From the NCBI GenBank assembly GCA_964304625.1, contig OZ199840.1, positions 2,024,532-2,088,531 on the forward strand: 64,000 nt of DNA, read 5' to 3'. A program made the position numbers and the translations under genes. Of this stretch, positions 56,875-64,000 are shown in pieces. The stretch's first letter is position 1. Every line of letters begins with the position of its first letter. The notes beneath the pieces are model-generated. The model had not been told where the DNA came from and searched no databases. It saw only the letters and a list, made by a program, of their open reading frames with translations. The stretch comes from Kudoa neothunni (Eukaryota > Animalia > Cnidaria).

Positions 56875-58448
56875 ATGATTGGTGCTTTGTATATTTTGAA
56901 TCACAAAGGTGATACAGTGATTCAACAATCATTTGATCCGGATATTCCGTAAATATAGTGAGTTTTCAGCTCCCCCCACTATAATAAACCTATAGAGCCA
57001 ATGCGATAACTTATTTTCGTGTGAACATTGTACACAAAAAGGGTGCCTACAATTTGGAACCGGTGAACAAGATTGACCGTTTCAACTACATGCACATATT
57101 TTTAACCAAGGGACTATGGTTGGTGGCCATTACAATGCAGAATACAAATGCTGCTATGGTGTTTGAATATCTTTCACAATTTAGAAGAATCCTACAGTCG
57201 TATCTTGGCGAATTGGATGAATATAGATTGGCTAGCAAATTTCCATTGCTGTATGAACTGTTTGAAGGTTGGTCAGTTCACTCAGCAACAAATTCCACCA
57301 TTTGTATAATAATCATTTTACTGCATTATAGATACGTTGGACAATGGATACCCCCAAATAACAGATATATCGTCGTTGAAAACATGGATCACTCAAAAAT
57401 CACTAAAAAATGCCAACAAACTAACTGATGCTGCCAACCTGACCAATCAACTAACCGGTCAAATAACATGGCGAAAACAAGGCATTAGATACAGGAAGAA
57501 TGAAATTTTCGTGGATATGAGAGAAAAGGTCAACCTGCTTATGTCCGCACAAGGGAAAGTTCTTAATTCTTCGGTTGATGGATTTATACTGGTGAAAACA
57601 TTCCTCTCTGGTATGCCTGAATGCAAGCTGGCTATTAATGACAAATTTATGGTGGAACAAAATGTCCAAACAAAGAATACGCCTGGATCGTGAGTGCAAT
57701 TTGTATATAATTGTTTTTCGAGTTTAATTTAGAAGACCTAAAATTTCGGTAGCTTTGGATGACTGTGTTTTTCATCAGGTACCCATAATAGGAATTCATT
57801 TACACCATTTCCTACGATTGAGACAATATCTATTAATGTTTCTTCATGTAGTGCGTCAAGCTGAGCAAATATGAAACAGATAAAACCATCACATTCATAC
57901 CACCAGATGGTAAATTCGAATTGTTGAGATACAGATCTAGCCATGACGTGCTTCTTCCGTTTCGAGTTTTCCCTATGGTTCATGAGAGGGGTGACACTCG
58001 GCTAGAAATGCAAATCGCACTCAAATCCAATTTTGTCGAAAGTCAAATGGCTTTCAAGATCGAGGTCGTCATTCCAGTGCCTAAAAATGTGACTAAGGTC
58101 ACCACCTATCCCACCAAAGGCAGAACCAAATATCGTAAAGGAGACAATGTGATTGCGTGGCGTATACGGAAAATGCATGGGATGAAAGAGGCTAGACTAT
58201 CTGCGGAAATTGATCTCACTCCAACTGCGATTACCTCAAAGGCACAAAAAGTCATTGGGAATCCTTCTCATTCTAGAAAGGAAGGCCGCCCTCCAATCAG
58301 TGTCAACTTTGAAACTGCTTTCAGTTGTTGTGGTATGAGTGTACGCTACCTAAAAGTGCAAGAACCAAAACTGAATTACGGCAATAATTCTGTTATAAAA
58401 TGGGTACGAAATATCAGCACGAATGGTACCTATGAATTCCGTTTTTAA
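56875..58448 (+). CDS. AP2M1: AP-2 complex subunit mu, 5 exons
   Basis: MIGALYILNHKGD, FRVNIVH, NTNAAMVFEYL, DNGYPQ, LTNQLTGQITWR (T156 site), YRKNEIFVD, FLSGMPECK, LDDCVFHQ|CVKLSK, FIPPDGKFEL, VRYLKVQEPKLNY, VIKWVR. Introns at ~56949, 57268, 57690, 57778. Confidence 0.97.
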
Positions 58449-60378
58449 TTTTATCAATTCTTCTCTCTCATTCTCTCTGTCATTGTCTCATCCAACCTAA
58501 CAATATGACCTTCGTCTGTTGAATTAACATTAATTTTCTTATTTTTTATGGATTTTCTTTTCATGCGCTTAGTTTTCATTTATATTTTTTATAAATTAAT
58601 TGCTAATTATCAATTTATTTAATGTTGGTTATCACGATCAAATTTTTAAATAAGAATTCACCCTCGAAAAATGCTTTGAACAATATGTAGATTTTTTCCC
58701 CAAACTTTTTTTTAACCTGCGGTAGTAAGTTTAAAAAATAAGCTACCATTAACGCATTGATTATATAGTTATTAATATTCATTTTCGTATAAAATAATTA
58801 TTCTTATGAATTATATTTGAAAATTCCTGATTTTGAAGGATAACTATAGAAACTAACTATTCATTTACCCAATTAATCATTAACTCTCCCGGTCCGAAAT
58901 GGGCTCATTAGTGACCCCACGTGAGTTATTTTTGGTTCAACAGCAAGAATTGTGATCTCACCATTTAATGCATCTAGGAGTAGCTCGAAAGAGCTACGAG
59001 TCTTGAATTGAACAAATTTTTAGATCGTTTTAACCATTCAATAATATAGTTATGCCACATGTTTTATGAGGAAATATTATTCTTTGTTTTATTTTTCAAA
59101 AAAAAGTATAATTGTGTCAATTTTATATTTATTTTTTAAGATTCCGTAGGGGTTGAATATGAAGGGTATAGTCGGCGCTTTATAGTAACAGATTTGACAT
59201 CTTTTGGGGAGATACTGTGGATGCATTTTGTTATTTTATGCATTTATTTTCTTTCATTTTATTTAATTCCTTTGAATGTTATTCTAAATTTAATTATTTT
59301 TTTCAAAAACGTTCTGGAAAAGTGCGTAAAATCGGGCAGTCACATGGTAAACAATCAGGGAATTTCTCAACCATAATATGTTATTTATATCCAAATTCTT
59401 CAATAAAAATATTTAAAAAATATTATATATCGATCGTACATTTTATTATTTAAATTTAGTTGCTTTTTAAAAATGGTGTAAAACCAGTCACTACACTGAC
59501 TGTAATGACAGACAGATTAAACACCTTATTCGAGTTATTGCTGAAGTATCTTATTATGTTATATTTTTATTCTATCATCCGGTAATTTTTTTTAATTTTT
59601 TCCGATATTAAAAAATAACTTAATTATTTTTTGCATTAATCTGATTAAAAAATGTACAAAACATGCTCACCAAGTGATTAATATTATGGAAATTTCACAA
59701 CCTTAATATATACATATTATACATCTAACCATTCAAATTATAACACTTTTGAAAAAAAATGTGTATATCGGTTAGCTCGGCTCGGATATAAGCAGATAAG
59801 GAAGTGACTATTGGTACGGTAAATAATATTCAGGTGACATTAGTTTTGACTTTGTTTAATTATTTTTAACCCTCCATTTTCTTCTTAGAAGTCGGAAATA
59901 ATTAAATAAAGCAACTTGTAAAAAATTAAATATATGCACAGCTTGTAATTAAATGTTGTTGAGATTAAAATTTTCCAGCGCGCAAGCGTACATACTTAAT
60001 AACATAAAATTTTACCGTGCCAGTAGCTTTGTCTGCGGAAAATCACTTATCTACTGTAGTAATAAAATATAAAAAAATCCAAAATGATACTGAATACATG
60101 ATTACTTAAACATGTTTTGCGTTTATATAAAAATATGAAAAAAATCGGATTAATTTCCGCGCGACAAAATTCTATTGACACATAAATGAAACCAAATATC
60201 TCTGATTTCCCCCTTAATAATTAACCCATATCTTAACTGTTCATTCCTATACAAATAAAACCTAATAAATTCCCCCGTGTAATTATTTAGAAATTCACGT
60301 ACGTATTCGTTTCTAGATAATCACCAAATTATAAAATTTAAATTCCGCCTTATTTCGTATTGAGTCGTAAAATTTGAA

Positions 60379-62089
60379 ATGAGGAGCCTTGTGCAACGCA
60401 TTTCTCCACCAAATGTCCAACACATGTATCCATTCATTCGTTCATTGACTACCTCCAAACGAGTAGTATATCAAGTTTAAGCTGGGTTGTAGTTTACAAT
60501 AGGTGGATGCTCGTGTGACACTGCTTGGTGCGAGTAACCCTTCCGGCTCAATGTTATCATTGTTATTGAAACAAAACCCATATATTTCAACTTTAAAGTT
60601 GTACGATGATGATAAAAATCTAAAAGGTACAAAAAACTGTTGAACTGTTATTGATTTATTTATTTAAACCAAGGAATGACAATGGATTTGAGTCATATTG
60701 ATACAGGTTGTAGGGTGTGTTGTTTTTTGGTGTGTTTATAGCTGACTTTAATCGTTGTTAGACCCATTGTTATACTGGAATGGAGAATTTAAAGTACGCT
60801 ATGACTAGCACCGATATTCTTGTGGTGAATAACCTGGATGTGGACGGTAATTTTATTTTGTCTCTTTAATTGATTCCATGTAACCCCTTACCCAATGTAA
60901 TATTTGTTACTCTAACAATTTAAATATACTTTAAATATAATTTTAACGATTTTAAGTCATTTTTTATTTTTCTATCTATTAGCTAACGATGGAGAACTAT
61001 CTGGTATTAGTCGAAAAATAGACGAAATTGTGATTGAAATGAATCAGTAACAACAGCATATCATACCTCAATTGTTATTTAATTCATTACTCCATTATAG
61101 TATAAACCAAATACCAATTGTGGTTGTCATGTCAGACCCAGTATAATTTTAAGGTAGTTAACTCCCTTTAAATTACTCAAATAGGTGGATATAATAACTC
61201 CAATTTTTGGTCGTTTTATGTATTTGGAGAAATTTTTTGATGAAAAAAAGTGATGGAATTTTATGAGTGTACATAGCATAATTGATATCAACTTGCTATT
61301 AGACTTATCGGCCTACCAACATTGTACACGGTGCTGGGTAATTTGATAATGGCGAAAAAACTTAAGAACTACCCCGAGGAGAATAACATATTGATGTATG
61401 GAGGTGTGAATGGCGATGATTCTGTTTATTTCTGGACCGAAAAATTTTACCCTGTAACATAACAACGTGATAGTTGTCGGTCTGCTGCTAACGGTGAGTT
61501 GGTTAGGAGCAAACTCTTGAAACTTGTGAGCAATTATTCAAATCTGTTGAGACAGACCTTCAACAATATATGAAATCTTTCAGTGTGGTATTTGATAATT
61601 GATAATAGTCGAATGTAATCTATTGTTCTCAAGAATAAGATGAATAATTTGAGGGCGTATTCGGCTCATCGATTTATTTCCAGTGTAACAAATTTTCTGA
61701 GTGATTCAGACTTGATTATTACACTTGATAATAGATGGCTGAAAGTTTTTTACGCAAGAGAATGGTGGTGGAATCCTGCTACGTTTATCATGAAGGCACC
61801 TACATGACATATCCTTGTGTGCTGGGTGTAATAGTTTGATTGGACTTTTGTTTATAATCGAATGGTGTTATTTGTTTTAGCGAGAGGGAGTTGAACAGAT
61901 AATTATCAAGAAAGAAATTGAGACTCCTAAATTTTTTGTACCCTAAAAATTAAAATTTATAATCATAATTTCTTATCTACGCCATTAATTTAGGCTTCTA
62001 TTAAGAATCACATTGATTACATGGAAAAGTATGATAATCACACTCGTATGCTTACCGCCATTCCAAAATCCCGCGATGATCCCTACTAA
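60379..62089 (+). CDS. Mitochondrial malate dehydrogenase (MDH2)-like protein, predicted catalytically dead, 12 exons, ~350 aa
   Basis: Exons 60379-60462/5, 60503-60626, 60674-60714, 60762-60846, 60983-61046, 61101-61140, 61185-61249, 61303-61453, 61507-61587, 61634-61795, 61881-61937, 61994-62089 join in frame. Presequence ...FIRSLTTSKR, ARVTLLGASNPSGSMLSLLLKQNP.ISTLKLYD, MDLSHIDT, SDPVD, KLIGLPTL, MYGGV, AYSAHRFISSV. Confidence 0.88.
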
Positions 62090-62799
62090 CCATCCACATC
62101 AATTTATTCGAAATTATATTTGATTTCTTTTCTGCGTGCTCGTTTTTAAAAATTCTATTTATATTTTTAAAATAGTTTATTAGTTGAGTTTCTAGTTGTT
62201 TTTGGAGCCAATAAGTTATTTTTGATGAGTTAAATCGGTAAAAGAAATTCAAAATAATATAGCAGTCTATACTTGTAGATAATCGTAGTTTTCTGAATAA
62301 TACATAATTAATAGACTTACGATAGATTTAGGATTCTATTTAAATAATACATGAGACGAAATTCCGCCGAACGTATCTTGTTGACCATGCCATTGCCAAG
62401 ATAGGTTGGAATAACATAGAAAAAACAATTTTTCGTAGCAAACTCACGGAATTGCATAAAATAAATATTCTAATGTGTATACTAATTATGCAATTTGGCT
62501 GATATTTTAACATAAAATAGTCTTTAATGGCGCTTATAATTTTCGCACACTGCTCTTATTTTTTTCATTTTTTCACTTTGTCATAGGTTTTATTTGTTGT
62601 GGAACTGTTCAATGGGTTATCTATTAGAAATTCTATTTCTTGCTCATTGACGCTTTGACATTCTTGCAGGTTTATCCAGTCCTAAATGCGACTGTTCGAA
62701 TGATGCTTTAAAACATTTATGAAAGTTTTCCGCATTGTTCGAGGTTCGAGGTCCGAGGTCCGAGGTCCGAGATTAACGATAAATTTTCCATTACTCTTT

Positions 62800-63850
62800 T
62801 CACGAGTTCCACCAAGCCGTTATAGGATACTTACCTAAATATAGGAAACTTTTTTCGAAATAATCTAGAAATGGCGTTAATGATATTTCAGTTATTTTCC
62901 TAGATTCTATCTCCAGTTTTTCATATCCTTCTGAATAAAATTCCGCAGGAATGAATATGTTGATGAAGTAAAAAATTTGACTAAAAGTCTAAATTCCACA
63001 TTATTTTTGTAATCCCCTCCAAACACATTACCCTAAATGAAAAGTACAATAGTTGATACTTGAAAATTTCAAAAGATGCATATTCAAAAGCTGTAATTAT
63101 ATTATGTGGAATTTTTATATTAATTTTATTAATTAGTGTGTTCATAAATATATAGCAAGATTCTAGATTTTTTCTTTTCTTTAAAACAAAAACTGGAGGG
63201 TAAAATTTATCGAAGAATCCCTCATTAAGGGTGTAGAGCTGTGAAAACTCTTTACGAACAACATAAAAAGTTCTATCTGCTACCATCACAGTTGAATTAT
63301 TTATTTAAGTGCTCAATGTTCTCCTTTGTTGTAAATATTACAATGCTTTGACTGTCATTCGGCCAGAGTTATATAAGCAGAATTTTTCACCTCTTAACGT
63401 ATTTACCTGGATTGCACAAAGATTTAAAATATGTGATTATGTAATATTCCCCATTTTTCTTTCATTTTATATATTTTTATGGTTTTTTGTAAATAAATTA
63501 ATTAGGTTTTCATTGACTGTAGCCAACGTAAAAATTTACAGGTAGAATATGAATATTGTATCGATTGCGCAATTTCGTTAATTTTGCAATTAGGCTTAAT
63601 ATTTTCAATATCCGTTTCTGACATAACCTAATTATGTAATCCTGACTCTTGTATGAAAGTCACATCATCTGAATTATTTGTTTTTACTCGCTCTTTACAG
63701 GTTCTTACAGTACATCTCCAGAGTTGATTTTTTGACGTTTTATATCGTGTACATACAAAAATTTGTTATATAACAATTTTGATTTCCCTCTGTTGAATTT
63801 TATGAGCTATCGTATGACAACCAAAAAATATTTATCCTATATTCCATTTG
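62800..63850 (-). mobile_element. FLYWCH-type MULE transposase remnant
   Basis: LWRCTVRTC (FLYWCH), VADRTFYVVRKEFSQLYTL (DGTF...FxQLYT), IITAFE, TNNAI; multiple lesions. Confidence 0.75.
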
Positions 63851-64000
63851 TATTATCATATTCGATATCCATTTGTTTTATTTTATAAACACAAGGTATG
63901 CATGTTTTTTATAACTAAGAATTAAAATAGTCATTTATTTGATGCACGGTAATGGAATAAATTAATTCTCATTATCGATCACAGGGAAAAATTATTTGCT

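Noticed and set aside
5215-58448. Stop-codon reassignment as an explanation for fragmented ORFs
   Set aside because: Conserved genes end at TAG (DIM1, BRE1, VPS29), TAA (AP2M1) and TGA (CDC45); fragmentation is explained by short introns.
58880-59520. piggyBac-like MITE ends (related end near 7965-7977)
   Set aside because: Right terminus too degenerate to pair confidently.
62740-62770. 7-bp tandem CGAGGTC repeat (also 10-bp ATTATGCGGT at ~47760 and a 30-bp duplication at ~42885)
   Set aside because: Small slippage repeats within or beside decayed transposons.

Overview
AT-rich eukaryotic nuclear DNA with many short (mostly 40-100 nt) spliceosomal introns. It is most consistent with a fast-evolving animal, possibly a parasite such as a myxozoan or orthonectid; that assignment is inference only. 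Manual exon stitching gives five recognisable housekeeping genes: DIM1/TXNL4A, BRE1, VPS29, CDC45 and AP2M1. Four unusual genes stand out: (i) a CD39/NTPDase-fold protein with all apyrase motifs erased, carried on a ~65-unit mucin stalk with higher-order repeat structure; (ii) an intact 12-exon mitochondrial malate dehydrogenase homologue lacking every catalytic residue, absent from the ORF track; (iii) a single-pass membrane protein made of ~9 cysteine-rich FN3-like domains; (iv) an SLC3A/CD98hc-like gene broken by two -1 frame changes. Intergenic space is full of decayed DNA transposons (MULE with a nested piggyBac, hAT, pogo/Tigger, Merlin) and one tRNA-derived SINE-like element. Homology calls come from remembered family motifs, not database searches.
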